From contig CAVRAG010000007.1 in the NCBI GenBank assembly GCA_963718895.1, positions 640,001 to 704,000 on the forward strand: a stretch of DNA of 64,000 nucleotides, written 5' to 3'. Origin of the DNA: an uncultured Nitrososphaerota archaeon (lineage in GTDB: Archaea; Thermoproteota; Nitrososphaeria; Nitrososphaerales; Gagatemarchaeaceae). Shown here piece after piece: positions 27,876 through 38,956 of this stretch (position 1 is its first letter; each line of letters begins with the position of its first letter). The position numbers and the translations under genes are program-made. The notes beneath the pieces were generated by a model that was not told the origin of the DNA, searched no databases, and saw only the letters and a program-made list of their open reading frames with translations.

Positions 27876-28996
27876 GCCATCGCGAACTTCCTCATGACGT
27901 CCTCGTTCAGCTCGATTCCGAGCCCAGGGGATTCGGACGGGCTGACGTAGCCCTCGGGGTCGACATGAAGGCTCTCCTTGGTCAGGCTCCTCCTGAGGAC
28001 GGATTGGTTGACGGAGAACTCGAGGTACCGGGCGGTCGGTGCCGCGAGGTCCACGTGGAGCGTAGCTGCGAGCCCGATTCCGGTCTTGTAGGCGTGTCCG
28101 GCGAACTCTATCCTGTTCTCCTCCGCCATCCTGGCGATTCGCATCAGCTCTGTTATCCCTCCAGAGTGCGTGACATCGGGTTGGACGATGTCCACGTGAC
28201 CTCTCCTGATAAGGTCCTCGAACTCGAACCTCGTCGTGAGGTTGAGGTCGCCCCCGGCAATCTTCACGTCCACGGCGTCCGCGAGCTTGGCGTACTTCTC
28301 CACGTCGTCGGGGGGGAAGGGCGCTTCTATCCAGTAGACCCTGAATTTCTCGATCGAGCGCGCGACCGCGATCGCCTTCGACGTGTCTGTCCAGCACATG
28401 CACGCGTCGACCATTAGGTCGTTCTCGTCCCCGAGCCCCTCCCTCGCCGCGGCCACCATCTTCACGTCGTAGCGCGGGTCCCTCCCGAAAGGTGCGCACT
28501 GGAACTTGGCGGCCCTGAAGCCCTCTCGGGTCCACTTCCGCGCCGTCTTCGTAATCTCGTGCGGTGTGTTCCCGAACGGGTAGATGCTGGCGTAGGGCCT
28601 GATCTTGTCGCGCTTGGAGCCCAGGAGCTTGTGGACGGGCTTGCCCTTCGCCTTCCCGAGTATGTCCCAGAGTGCGATGTCAACCCCGCTCATGGCCGAG
28701 ATGACGACGCCTCGTCTTCCATGATAGATCGTCGCTTGATACATCAGGTCCCAGACCTTCTCCGGGTCGAGGGGGTTCGCCCCGATCAGGACCTCGCCAA
28801 GTCCGCGCGACCATCCGTGGGAGGTTGGAGCCTCGATGACCGCCTTGACGATCGTCGGGGGCGCGTCCACCTCACCGATCCCGACTATCCCCTCATCCGT
28901 GTGGACCTTGACTACGAGGTCGTCCTGGGACCCGTCGATGGCCTCGGAGACCTTTGGCAGCCGGAGCGGGATTGCCTCTACCTTTGTGATTTCCAC
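27872..28996 (-). CDS. Mandelate racemase/enolase-superfamily acid-sugar dehydratase
   Basis: TDEGIVGIGE, SGVDIALWD, MVDA, WIEAP and VQPD..GGITE motifs. Confidence 0.9.
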   Translation of the reverse strand: MEITKVEAIPLRLPKVSEAIDGSQDDLVVKVHTDEGIVGIGEVDAPPTIVKAVIEAPTSHGWSRGLGEVLIGANPLDPEKVWDLMYQATIYHGRRGVVISAMSGVDIALWDILGKAKGKPVHKLLGSKRDKIRPYASIYPFGNTPHEITKTARKWTREGFRAAKFQCAPFGRDPRYDVKMVAAAREGLGDENDLMVDACMCWTDTSKAIAVARSIEKFRVYWIEAPFPPDDVEKYAKLADAVDVKIAGGDLNLTTRFEFEDLIRRGHVDIVQPDVTHSGGITELMRIARMAEENRIEFAGHAYKTGIGLAATLHVDLAAPTARYLEFSVNQSVLRRSLTKESLHVDPEGYVSPSESPGLGIELNEDVMRKFAMA

Positions 28997-29016
28997 AGCG
29001 AAGTCTCCCGGGGGGG

Positions 29017-30639
29017 CTACTCGGGAGGAATCTCCCTGAACACGTAGTCCAGGTTGAGTCCCTGGCGCTTCCTGATCGCCGCGATGATGTAGTAGGCGAC
29101 AAGGCCGCCGATCATCAGAATCACGATCGAGCCCTCGGCCCAGACCGGCTCGGCGGAGGTCGAGATGTACTCGTACGTACCGAGCGCCTGGGTGACCGCC
29201 ACGAAAGCTCCCAGCCAGGTGATTATTGGGAGGCCCACTTTCTTCTTGAATGCCTCAGGCATCACCCTGTTGTAGAGGTCCTTGTTTATGAATGGGAACA
29301 GGGCGAAAATCACGGCTGCGATCGTCCAGGCCGCCGGCGCCACAGCGGTCACGCTGAAGAAGACCGTCGCGAACGAGATGTTGCTTGGGTTCCAGAAGAG
29401 GCCATAGACGTACTGCGAGAACCAGACCACGACGAGTATCACGGTCAGGACCAGGGCCGCGATTGGAACCCTTACCCTCGAGTTGATGCTTGCGAAGGCC
29501 TTGGGGAGCACCCTGTCGAACGACATCGAGAAGATGAGCCTGCTGAACGCGATGTACGGTACGACGAACCAGGTGAACGTCCCCGCGATGAGGCCTGCAT
29601 TGATGAGGAAGACGAGGATGGGGTTGCTCTTGAACATGACCGTAAGGAGGAACGGGAAGGTCGGGGGTACCGAGAAGGGCAGGCTGCCTGCACCGGCCGC
29701 GGCCCCTATGGAACCCAACCAGTCGCTCCCCATCAGGTTGAACAGGCCTCCAATCAAGAGGAAGTAGAGAACGCCCGTTACCACGATCGCCAGGACGAAC
29801 GGCACCCAGACCCTGCCTGCCTTCTTGATCTCGCCGGACGACCAGACCGGGTACTGGAAGTTGGAATAGAGGCTGAAGTAGCCCAACGAGAAACCGATGA
29901 AGATCGTGGTCCTGAGGTTGGTCGTGTAGCCGGAGAACCCCGCCGCCGAACCAAGCTGGAGCACCTTGGCATACTCTCCCGATCCGAACTGGTTGTTGAA
30001 GGCAGTGACGAAGTCCGAGTTGTTGAAGGCGAAGGCCAAAATTATCCAAAGGAAGGTGACGGCGAGGCTGAAGAAGAAGAGGACGTTGATTATCTTCGAA
30101 CCCATCCGCGCACCCAGAGCGACTGTGAGGAGTGCGAGGAAGACGAGGAAGAGTCCCGTTATGAAAAGACCGTTGCCGGAGACCATCCATGTCCCGAGGT
30201 TCACGAGCGAGGTGTTTCCATAGATCAGGCCCAGCGATCCGAAGGTCGGCGAGAGGATCCCGTTGGTGAAGAGCCAGACCTGGAAGCCCATGTTGAATGC
30301 GATCGCGAAGCCGAGCCCGTAGGTGACCGCGTACATGAATCCGACCGAGGGCGCCCTTGGTATGATCCTGGATATCCAGACGTAATCTCCACCACTCCTC
30401 GGCATCGCCGCCGACATCATCGACCAGACCGCCGCGAAGCCCAGGCCGACGATGCCCGCGATGAGGATGACCCAGAACAGGTTTGCTCCGGGGTAGAACG
30501 ATCCCACCGACTCCAGAAGGAAGACGATGCCGATTCCAATCTGCATGATGGAGATCGCCTGGACAAACAGGTCCAGATGTGAGAACTCCCTGACGAGGCC
30601 CGTGGCCTCACGGACAAAGCCCTTGGATCCGGCTCCCAA
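29017..30639 (-). CDS. APC-family permease
   Basis: FVREATGLVRE, MPRSGGDYVW, SRLIFSMSFDR and FREIPPE; about 12-14 TM. Confidence 0.9.
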   Translation of the reverse strand: MGAGSKGFVREATGLVREFSHLDLFVQAISIMQIGIGIVFLLESVGSFYPGANLFWVILIAGIVGLGFAAVWSMMSAAMPRSGGDYVWISRIIPRAPSVGFMYAVTYGLGFAIAFNMGFQVWLFTNGILSPTFGSLGLIYGNTSLVNLGTWMVSGNGLFITGLFLVFLALLTVALGARMGSKIINVLFFFSLAVTFLWIILAFAFNNSDFVTAFNNQFGSGEYAKVLQLGSAAGFSGYTTNLRTTIFIGFSLGYFSLYSNFQYPVWSSGEIKKAGRVWVPFVLAIVVTGVLYFLLIGGLFNLMGSDWLGSIGAAAGAGSLPFSVPPTFPFLLTVMFKSNPILVFLINAGLIAGTFTWFVVPYIAFSRLIFSMSFDRVLPKAFASINSRVRVPIAALVLTVILVVVWFSQYVYGLFWNPSNISFATVFFSVTAVAPAAWTIAAVIFALFPFINKDLYNRVMPEAFKKKVGLPIITWLGAFVAVTQALGTYEYISTSAEPVWAEGSIVILMIGGLVAYYIIAAIRKRQGLNLDYVFREIPPE

Positions 30640-30722
30640 GTTAGGGTCCCTCGTATCTCAGTCCTTTATTTAAGCCTGAGTCAGGAATCTGGGTTCATTC
30701 GTCGCTAGACGGAATCTCGGCG

Positions 30723-31841
30723 TCACTGCGGAGGCTCAGAATGCTCGGAGAGGGCGAAGTAGCTCCGGCAGGCCGTCAGAAAGGGACCCTGACCCCACGG
30801 GACCATCGCCCCGGTCGGCATGGTCCGGTAGTGCTCGGCTCTGGTCCCTGGATGCGTCTCGAATGATACCCCCCGGAGGAGGCCTTCCGGGCTGAGTTGT
30901 CTCCACGTCGCAGCCCAGGCGCGCTCGACGACCTCGAGGTGAGACCGAGGGATCCAGCCCCTCCTGATCGCGAGGCTGAAGCCGTCGACCACGAACGCGG
31001 CGATAGAAGACTCCAGGTAGGAGTCCCGATCGTCCAGGACCGTGTGCCAGCCTCCGGACTCCTCCTGGAGCTCGGAGAGCCTGGAAGCCAGGTCTCCGAC
31101 TCTCCCTCTCAGGCGCTTCGAGAGGGCGCTGCTCCTGGGCAGGAATTCCAACGTGTGAAGCATCCCGAGGAGCGCCCAGCAGTTCCCGCGCCCCCAGAAG
31201 ACCCCGTTCCGCCTCGCGGCCTTCTCCATCCAGAAGTGGTGGAAGAGCCGACTGTCTTCATCCCAGAGGAGGTCCACCTGCGGTCCGATGGTCGACTCGG
31301 CCTGGGCCAGATACCTCTCGTCCCCGGTCGCATTGTAGAGCATGGCAAGGAAAGGCCCCTGGAAGTGAATGGAGTCTACGAAGACACAGGGGCCCGATTC
31401 CTTGGGGGCGGACCCGGTCCTCGCTCCGAACATCGGATGTCCGCGAGGAACCTCTGGCGGAAGGTCGAAGACAACGTCCTCGTAGTGTACGGGGCACCCC
31501 GTGCTGGTCCGGCGGAAGCTGCTGAGGTAGTCGGCGTGGCTTCGCGCTGCCTCGAGCAGCTCCGGGTCCCTCGTGATTGCGTAGGAACGGAGCAGCGCCA
31601 CGCCGGGTGCCGTGTGGTCGAACCGGCTCCTGGACTTCATGCGGGGGATCCAGGCCTTGAAGACGCCGTAGACGAAGCTCGAGTACTTCTCGGTGCCGAT
31701 GAGGTCAGAGGCGTCTAGCAGGCCTTCCATCCCGATGCTGTCACCCCAGAACCAGACCTTCCATGGATAGCCCAAAAGCAGATTCGCCGCCTTCCTGCAC
31801 TCCTCGATCACCGAGTCACGGGTGGGCCCTCGGGACATCAT
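30723..31841 (-). CDS. GH105/GH88 unsaturated glycoside hydrolase family protein
   Basis: VDS..F.GPFLA, LFHH, FWGRGNCW, ESS and PWGQG motifs. Confidence 0.83.
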   Translation of the reverse strand: MMSRGPTRDSVIEECRKAANLLLGYPWKVWFWGDSIGMEGLLDASDLIGTEKYSSFVYGVFKAWIPRMKSRSRFDHTAPGVALLRSYAITRDPELLEAARSHADYLSSFRRTSTGCPVHYEDVVFDLPPEVPRGHPMFGARTGSAPKESGPCVFVDSIHFQGPFLAMLYNATGDERYLAQAESTIGPQVDLLWDEDSRLFHHFWMEKAARRNGVFWGRGNCWALLGMLHTLEFLPRSSALSKRLRGRVGDLASRLSELQEESGGWHTVLDDRDSYLESSIAAFVVDGFSLAIRRGWIPRSHLEVVERAWAATWRQLSPEGLLRGVSFETHPGTRAEHYRTMPTGAMVPWGQGPFLTACRSYFALSEHSEPPQ

Positions 31842-31842
31842 C

Positions 31843-32781
31843 TCACCCTGAGCTCAGCCTGGCGTCACCGATACCCATCGTTCCTATCAGGCTCCTGAGT
31901 TCAGCGATGGCCTGCCGACCCAGGGGCACGACGGGCTCCCTTACCGAGGATGTCTGAGTGACACCACGCATCCTGAGGACCTCCTTCTCCACGGCCACGA
32001 ATGAGTCGAAGTGCCCAATCAGGAAGTCGAGGTAGGGAAGGAGGGTCATGAAGACTGTCCTCGCGCGCTTCACGTCTCCCGCAATCGCAGCGCCGTAGAC
32101 GGTCGCCAGGAGGTCGGCCATCTCGGCCCCCGGTATGGAGCCTCTCGTCCCGAGGGCGAGCTCTTCGAGCAGGTATCGTCCGGCCATCCCCCCGAAGACG
32201 GTCATCCGGGTCCCCATCAAGTCGGTTATCGCCTTGACTCTCTTCAGGTGTTCACCCCCCTCGACCTTCACATAGCGGACGTTCGCGGATGTCTTCGCCA
32301 TACCCTCGAGGTCGGTGGCAGAGAGGTGGACACCCCCGGCCGTCTCGAAGTCCTGGATCATTACGGGCGCGTCGAGCCTGTCTGCCACCTCCTCGTAGTG
32401 CCTGCGAATAGACAGCGAAGCTTCCCTCACGAAGTTCGCGTGGTAGGGGGGCGTGACTATGACCCCGTCCGCACCCGCATCAAGGGCTTGGAGGCCCAGC
32501 TGGATGCTCGGGAGCGTGCCACTGTGCGAAATGCCGACCAGCACTGGGACCTCGCCGTTCGCCTCGTCCACGACAATCCTGGCTACCCTCGACCGCTCAG
32601 CGTCGGAGAACTTGTAGAACTCCCCGGCGAAGAGGAGGCAGGCAAGCCCGTCGGCCCCGCTCTCTACGCAGAACCTGACGACGGACCTCTGCCCAGCCTC
32701 GTCGATCTCGCCGCTCTTGGCGCAGATCGTCGGAAGCGACGGGAAGATTCCTTGAAAGTCTCCGCGGCGGCTCGTCACCAT
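31843..32781 (-). CDS. DHDPS/NAL-family enzyme (2-keto-3-deoxy sugar-acid dehydratase/aldolase type)
   Basis: GE...S..ER, TPPY, MIQD and VKVE motifs (Q, K and E as in the L-KDA dehydratase subgroup). Confidence 0.82.
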   Translation of the reverse strand: MVTSRRGDFQGIFPSLPTICAKSGEIDEAGQRSVVRFCVESGADGLACLLFAGEFYKFSDAERSRVARIVVDEANGEVPVLVGISHSGTLPSIQLGLQALDAGADGVIVTPPYHANFVREASLSIRRHYEEVADRLDAPVMIQDFETAGGVHLSATDLEGMAKTSANVRYVKVEGGEHLKRVKAITDLMGTRMTVFGGMAGRYLLEELALGTRGSIPGAEMADLLATVYGAAIAGDVKRARTVFMTLLPYLDFLIGHFDSFVAVEKEVLRMRGVTQTSSVREPVVPLGRQAIAELRSLIGTMGIGDARLSSG

Positions 32782-32834
32782 CGATCACGCGCAGAGAGGG
32801 GCGTTGGTCTGCCCCGATGTTTCATCGGCGCGCA

Positions 32835-33851
32835 TCAGACCCTCGACCGGAGGATTACCTTCGAGTATGGCGCCGTGCCGAGCGACTGCTCGGTGAACGA
32901 GGCCTGTCCCGCATCGAGGCCCCTGACGTCGAGCCACCCGCTCGAAGTCTCGAGGAAGCCGCCATCGGCCAACACCACCGCTCTCCTGAAGTCCTCGTCA
33001 GAGTAGGAGAACGATCCGACCAGCTGCTTCTCGAACCTGACGATCTCGTTGCCGGGGAAGCTCGTCGCGTTCTCGTGCAGCCCCACCAAGACGACCCTGC
33101 CCCCCCTGCGCACCGCAGCCAGACCTTGGGCCCTAGTCTGTGAGGACCCCACCGCGTCGATGACGCTGTCGACCCCCTCTCCAGACGTCGCGCCCTTGAC
33201 CAGGGCGAGTACGTCGTCGGTCTTCGGGTTCATCACCGTGGTTGCGCCCCAGTTGGAGGCCCAGCGGAGCCGGGCGGAGTTTGTGTCGACGACCGTGCAG
33301 CTGCTCGCCCCCCTCGACTTGGCGAGCCTCGCCGCCATGAGCCCGATGGTTCCGGCACCTATGACCATCACGGAGTCCCCGGCTTCTATCTGGGCCAGGC
33401 TCGTCGCTCTTACGCCGCAGGCGAGCGGCTCGACGAGGGACCCCACCAACGGGTCCCCGACCTTGAAGCAGGCCCCGACCGGGACCGCTACGTACTCGGC
33501 GTACGACCCAGGGTAGTCCACCCCGATGATCTTCCTGAAGGCGCAGAGCTGGCGCAACCCTCTCCGGCACGTCCTGCACTGGCCGCACGAAAGGATAGGA
33601 TTCACCGCCACGAGCTCCCCCTCCCACTCCTTCGGTACCTCCGAGCCTTCCTCGACCACCACCCCCGAGAACTCGTGACCCATGATCAGCGGGGGTCTCC
33701 TCAGCTCGTTGTGGCCCAGAAACGCACCTATCTCAGACCCGCAGATGCCGGAGTCCTCAACGGCAAGGAGAACCTGGCCCGGACCCGGGCGCGGCCTCGG
33801 GCTCTCCTCGATCTCCATCAGCGAAGGGCCCTTCCAGACGAGAGCTTTCAT
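32835..33851 (-). CDS. Zn-dependent MDR alcohol/sugar dehydrogenase
   Basis: GICGS, GHEFSG, C..C..C....C and GAGTIG motifs; ATG 33851 preferred. Confidence 0.92.
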   Translation of the reverse strand: MKALVWKGPSLMEIEESPRPRPGPGQVLLAVEDSGICGSEIGAFLGHNELRRPPLIMGHEFSGVVVEEGSEVPKEWEGELVAVNPILSCGQCRTCRRGLRQLCAFRKIIGVDYPGSYAEYVAVPVGACFKVGDPLVGSLVEPLACGVRATSLAQIEAGDSVMVIGAGTIGLMAARLAKSRGASSCTVVDTNSARLRWASNWGATTVMNPKTDDVLALVKGATSGEGVDSVIDAVGSSQTRAQGLAAVRRGGRVVLVGLHENATSFPGNEIVRFEKQLVGSFSYSDEDFRRAVVLADGGFLETSSGWLDVRGLDAGQASFTEQSLGTAPYSKVILRSRV

Positions 33852-33876
33852 GACCTTCCTGAGGTCGGGGATGGGC

Positions 33877-33883
33877 ATTTAAG
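33877..33883. promoter_or_regulatory. Candidate bidirectional TATA box (ATTTAAG)
   Basis: Only AT-rich element in a 55-bp gap; 25 nt from ATG 33851 (-) and 23 nt from ATG 33907 (+). Confidence 0.55.
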
Positions 33884-33906
33884 CTGCATCGGCATGCGGT
33901 CCGACC

Positions 33907-35043
33907 ATGAAGATCACTGACGTCCGAGCGATTCCGCTTCATTCCACGGAAAGGTCGCTCTCAGCCGGCCCCGGAGCGTGTCTGGTGGAGATAGAGACGG
34001 ACAAGGGCATCGTCGGCGTCGGGGAGGCCTGCACCCAGAGCGAGCACGACGAGGCCAGCCTCGCGGCCCAGGTGTTGATCGAGCGGGGGATGAAACCGCT
34101 CCTTGTGGGAAGGGACCCCCTCAACGTCAGGCGAATCTGGGAGGACATCTACCTCCGGACAGAGTGGTTCGGCCGGGCCGGCATCTCCCAGTACGCGCTG
34201 AGCGGCGTCGACACCGCTCTTTGGGACCTCGCCGGGAAGAGCATGGGCGTCTCGGTATCTAGGCTTCTCGGGGGACGGTTCAGAGAGGACGTCAAGGTCT
34301 ACGCCAGCATAATCTTCGACATGGAGGACTTCGGGGCAATGGCGGCCGAGGCGAAGAAGTGGACGAAGGAGGGCTACACGGCAGTCAAGTTCGGCTGGGG
34401 GCAGACAAGAGAGGCTTCCTACGGGCTGGACGCCGAGAGGGATGAGTCGGCCGTGAAGTACCTGCGGGAGGCCCTGGGGCCCAAGGTGGACATCATGGTA
34501 GACGTCGGGAGGTACGTCAACTGGAGCGTCTCCCACGCCATCCGGATGGCCAGGAGGCTGGCCAAGTACGACATCTACTGGCTGGAGGAGGCGCTGCCCC
34601 AGGACGACGTCGAGGGCTACATACGCTTGACCAAGAACAGCCCGGTCAGGATAGCCGGCGGGGAGGGAGAGTACAACCGGTTCGCGTTCGAGAGATGGAT
34701 AAGGGGACACGCCGTCGACATCATCCAGCCCGACATCTGCAGGTCGGGAGGCTTCACCGAAGGGATGCGCATCGCCGACCTCGTCCAGTTCCACAACATC
34801 ACTCTCGTACCCCACGGGTTCAGCACGGCCGTCAGCGTGGCCGCGAACCTTCAGTTCATCTCGTCGATCCCGGGTGGCGAGCTCCTGGAGTTCAGGCGGA
34901 CCAGGTCCCCGCTGATGGCTAAGCTGGTGAAGAAGCCTTTCGAGGCCAAGAACGGGCGCCTCGCAATCCCTGACAGGCCGGGCCTCGGCATAGAGCTGGA
35001 TGACGAGACCGTAGAAGAGTGCAGGGTCAGGGCGAGCCGCTAG
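33907..35043 (+). CDS. Second mandelate racemase/enolase-superfamily enzyme
   Basis: SGVDTALWD, VKFGWG, MVDVG, WLEE, GGEGE and PH motifs. Confidence 0.9.
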   Translation: MKITDVRAIPLHSTERSLSAGPGACLVEIETDKGIVGVGEACTQSEHDEASLAAQVLIERGMKPLLVGRDPLNVRRIWEDIYLRTEWFGRAGISQYALSGVDTALWDLAGKSMGVSVSRLLGGRFREDVKVYASIIFDMEDFGAMAAEAKKWTKEGYTAVKFGWGQTREASYGLDAERDESAVKYLREALGPKVDIMVDVGRYVNWSVSHAIRMARRLAKYDIYWLEEALPQDDVEGYIRLTKNSPVRIAGGEGEYNRFAFERWIRGHAVDIIQPDICRSGGFTEGMRIADLVQFHNITLVPHGFSTAVSVAANLQFISSIPGGELLEFRRTRSPLMAKLVKKPFEAKNGRLAIPDRPGLGIELDDETVEECRVRASR

Positions 35044-35696
35044 TCCCCCGGTCCGTCTCTGGGCAGAGGACCCGCAGCAATCCCACGGGTCGGCGAGACC
35101 TCTCTCTCGGGCTCCCTCCGCTGAGAAATCAGGAAGACTCCAAGGTCGGCCCTCAGGTTCGGGAGGACGCCCACCCGCTTGTCCTTCCTCACGAAGGCCG
35201 AATCCTCGATTGTAAAGTCACGCCTCCTGCAGTAATCGATGAAGTCCGAGATGCTCAGAAAGTGAAGGTTGGGTGTGTCATACCATTCGTGAGGTAGAGA
35301 AGACGTCACAGGCACCTTGCCTCCGAGGAGTATCTGGAACCGGACGGTGTAAGAGGCGAAGTTCGGAAAGTCCACGATGATTCGTCTTCCCACCCTCATC
35401 GCCTCGCTGAGGATAACGTCAGGCTTCCTCACCTGCTGCAGGCTCTGGTCGAATATCAGATAATCGAAAGAAGCGTCCGGATATCCAGAGAGCCCCCCCT
35501 CGAAGTCCTCCTGGAAGACACTGAGGCCCTTCTCCACGCACTCGTGGACCGCCTTGGCGTCGATCTCTATGCCCTGAGCGCGAACCCGCTTCTCGGCGAC
35601 GAGCAGCGCCAGGAGGGTCCCGCCCCCACAACCGAGCTCCAGGACGGTCGAGTCGGGATCGACCCAGTCAAGGATGATTCTGTGCTCTAATCTCAT
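35040..35696 (-). CDS. metW: Methionine biosynthesis protein MetW
   Basis: [12 protein letters not shown] and WYDTPNLH motifs; follows metX. Confidence 0.9.
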   Translation of the reverse strand: MRLEHRIILDWVDPDSTVLELGCGGGTLLALLVAEKRVRAQGIEIDAKAVHECVEKGLSVFQEDFEGGLSGYPDASFDYLIFDQSLQQVRKPDVILSEAMRVGRRIIVDFPNFASYTVRFQILLGGKVPVTSSLPHEWYDTPNLHFLSISDFIDYCRRRDFTIEDSAFVRKDKRVGVLPNLRADLGVFLISQRREPEREVSPTRGIAAGPLPRDGPGD

Positions 35697-36837
35697 GGGA
35701 CGATCGCCCTGCCTCAGGCCCTGCGTGGCCGTTCTCCGAGACCGTCCTTAGGAAATGCTGGATCAGGTGGGTCTCCTCCTCCACCTCGAGAAGGAACGCG
35801 TCGTGGCCGTAGGTCGAGTTGATCTCACAGTAGCTCGCGTCGACGCCGGCCAGTTTGCAGGCCTTCACGGTCTCCTTGGACTGGTAGGCGGGGTACAGCC
35901 AGTCGGACCGGAAGGCTATGACGAGCACCCTCGCTTTCAGGCCCATGAAGACCTCCTGGAGCCTCTTCTCGGCCAGCAGGTCAAAGTTGTCCATCGCCTT
36001 GGTTATGTAGAGATAGGAGTTCGCGTCGAACCTCTTCACGAAGCTGTCCCCCCTGTATCGCAGATACCCCTCCACCTCGAAGTCGGCCCCGAACTTGCCC
36101 TGCTCTCCCTCGGTCTTGAGGCGCCGGCCGAACTTCTCGGCCATCGACGCGTCGCTCATGTAGGTGATGTGTCCGACCATCCGGGCCACCGACAGACCCT
36201 TCGACGGCAGGGGTCCTCCGTAGTAGTCGCCCTCCTTCCAGTTGTTGTCGGCCATGATGGCTTGCCTCCCGACCTCGTCGAAGGCGATCTGCTGGGGCGC
36301 GTGCTTCATCGTCGTCGCGATGGGGATCGCGGCGCGAATCCTCGCTGGGTACGAGACCATCCACTGGAGGACCTGCATCCCTCCCATCGAGCCCCCGATC
36401 ACGGCGAGGAGCCTTCTGATGCCGAGGGTCTCGACCAGTCGGCTCTGCGCGTCGACCATGTCCTTGATCGTCAGGACCGGAAACTCCAGGCCATAGGGTC
36501 TGCCCGTCTTGGGATTAGTCGACGCGGGCCCCGTCGACCCCTTGCACCCGCCGAGCACGTTCGAGCAGATCACGAAGTACTTCTCCGTGTCCAGTCCCTT
36601 GCCCGGACCTATCATCTCGTCCCACCATCCCGGGCTCTTCTCGCCCTCGTGGAATCCGGCAGCGTGCGCGTCGCCGGAGAGGGCATGGAGCACCAGGACC
36701 GCGTTCGACTTGTCGGCGTTGAGGCTCCCGTAGGTCTCATAGGCGAGCGTGACCGGTGCGAGACTCCTCCCGCAGTCCAGCGGCAGCCCCGTGGGTGGGT
36801 CTGCGAAGGTGAAGAACCTCGTCTCTACGAGGCCCAC
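35668..36837 (-). CDS. metX: Homoserine O-acetyltransferase
   Basis: HALSGD, GWW, GGSMGGM, RFDANSY, SDWLY and GHDAFL motifs. Confidence 0.95.
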   Translation of the reverse strand: MGLVETRFFTFADPPTGLPLDCGRSLAPVTLAYETYGSLNADKSNAVLVLHALSGDAHAAGFHEGEKSPGWWDEMIGPGKGLDTEKYFVICSNVLGGCKGSTGPASTNPKTGRPYGLEFPVLTIKDMVDAQSRLVETLGIRRLLAVIGGSMGGMQVLQWMVSYPARIRAAIPIATTMKHAPQQIAFDEVGRQAIMADNNWKEGDYYGGPLPSKGLSVARMVGHITYMSDASMAEKFGRRLKTEGEQGKFGADFEVEGYLRYRGDSFVKRFDANSYLYITKAMDNFDLLAEKRLQEVFMGLKARVLVIAFRSDWLYPAYQSKETVKACKLAGVDASYCEINSTYGHDAFLLEVEEETHLIQHFLRTVSENGHAGPEAGRSSHEIRAQNHP

Positions 36838-36918
36838 GCTGCCGCCGCCGGATGTTAACTCACATCGTCTCCACGCGTATGTGCACCGAATCTCTGAGTC
36901 GCTGTCTTGCCCCCCGGC

Positions 36919-38226
<1,308 letters not shown>

Positions 38227-38257
38227 TCAGCATCCCGTCCATTTAACGAGTCGTGTC

Positions 38258-38297
38258 AAGAATATGAATATCAGAATATCATTCTTAAATGAATATC
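38258..38297. promoter_or_regulatory. GAATAT repeat cluster upstream of metY
   Basis: GAATAT at 38260, 38266, 38274 and 38291; AAGAAT/ATTCTT inverted pair spanning 38258-38286. Confidence 0.45.
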
Positions 38298-38423
38298 TGG
38301 CAGGCGCCTGAAGTGTAGGACTCTTTCAGAGGATTACCTTCGGAGTTTGTTACCGGTTCCCTAAGGCTGCCCCGGAGGAGGTACTCCGCCATGAGAGAGA
38401 GGATTTCTCGGACGCAGTCGGTC

Positions 38424-38894
38424 ATGCAGAGCCGAGCCTTCAGGAAGGTCATGGTAGCTGTGGATGGTCCGGAGAACTCAGCCAAGGAGCTGGAGGTCGC
38501 CACCACCATCGCGGCGCAGAACCGCGCAGAGCTCGTCATACTTCACGTCGTGACACCGCCTCCGACTCTTTTCGTAGCCCCGGACTTCGGCGTGCAGCCG
38601 GCCTTGTTCTCCAGGTACTACGAGAGCTTCTATGAGGAGCCGAGGAAGAGAGACTGGAGGTGGCTGTCTGGACTCGCGCGGGCCGCCGAGGAGAACGGCG
38701 TGAGGGCGACGGCCAAGGTGGCAATGCCAACGGCCTCGGTCGCCGAGGAGGTCGTCAGGGTCGCCGAGGGCGAGGAGGTCGACCTGATCGTCACAGGTAC
38801 AACGAGTGGAGGGATCTTCGAGAGACTCCTCCGCGGGAGCGTCTCGAAAGGGGTCGTGGACCGCGCCAAATGCCCTGTCCTGACCGTCCGCTAA
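38424..38894 (+). CDS. Universal stress protein
   Basis: KVMVAVDG, DLIVTG, GSVS and CPVLTVR motifs. Confidence 0.92.
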   Translation: MQSRAFRKVMVAVDGPENSAKELEVATTIAAQNRAELVILHVVTPPPTLFVAPDFGVQPALFSRYYESFYEEPRKRDWRWLSGLARAAEENGVRATAKVAMPTASVAEEVVRVAEGEEVDLIVTGTTSGGIFERLLRGSVSKGVVDRAKCPVLTVR

Positions 38895-38956
38895 CGTCCG
38901 AGGACGACTGACCCCTGACCCAGGAGCGCGAGCGGCGCCCGGATAGAAGCATTCGG

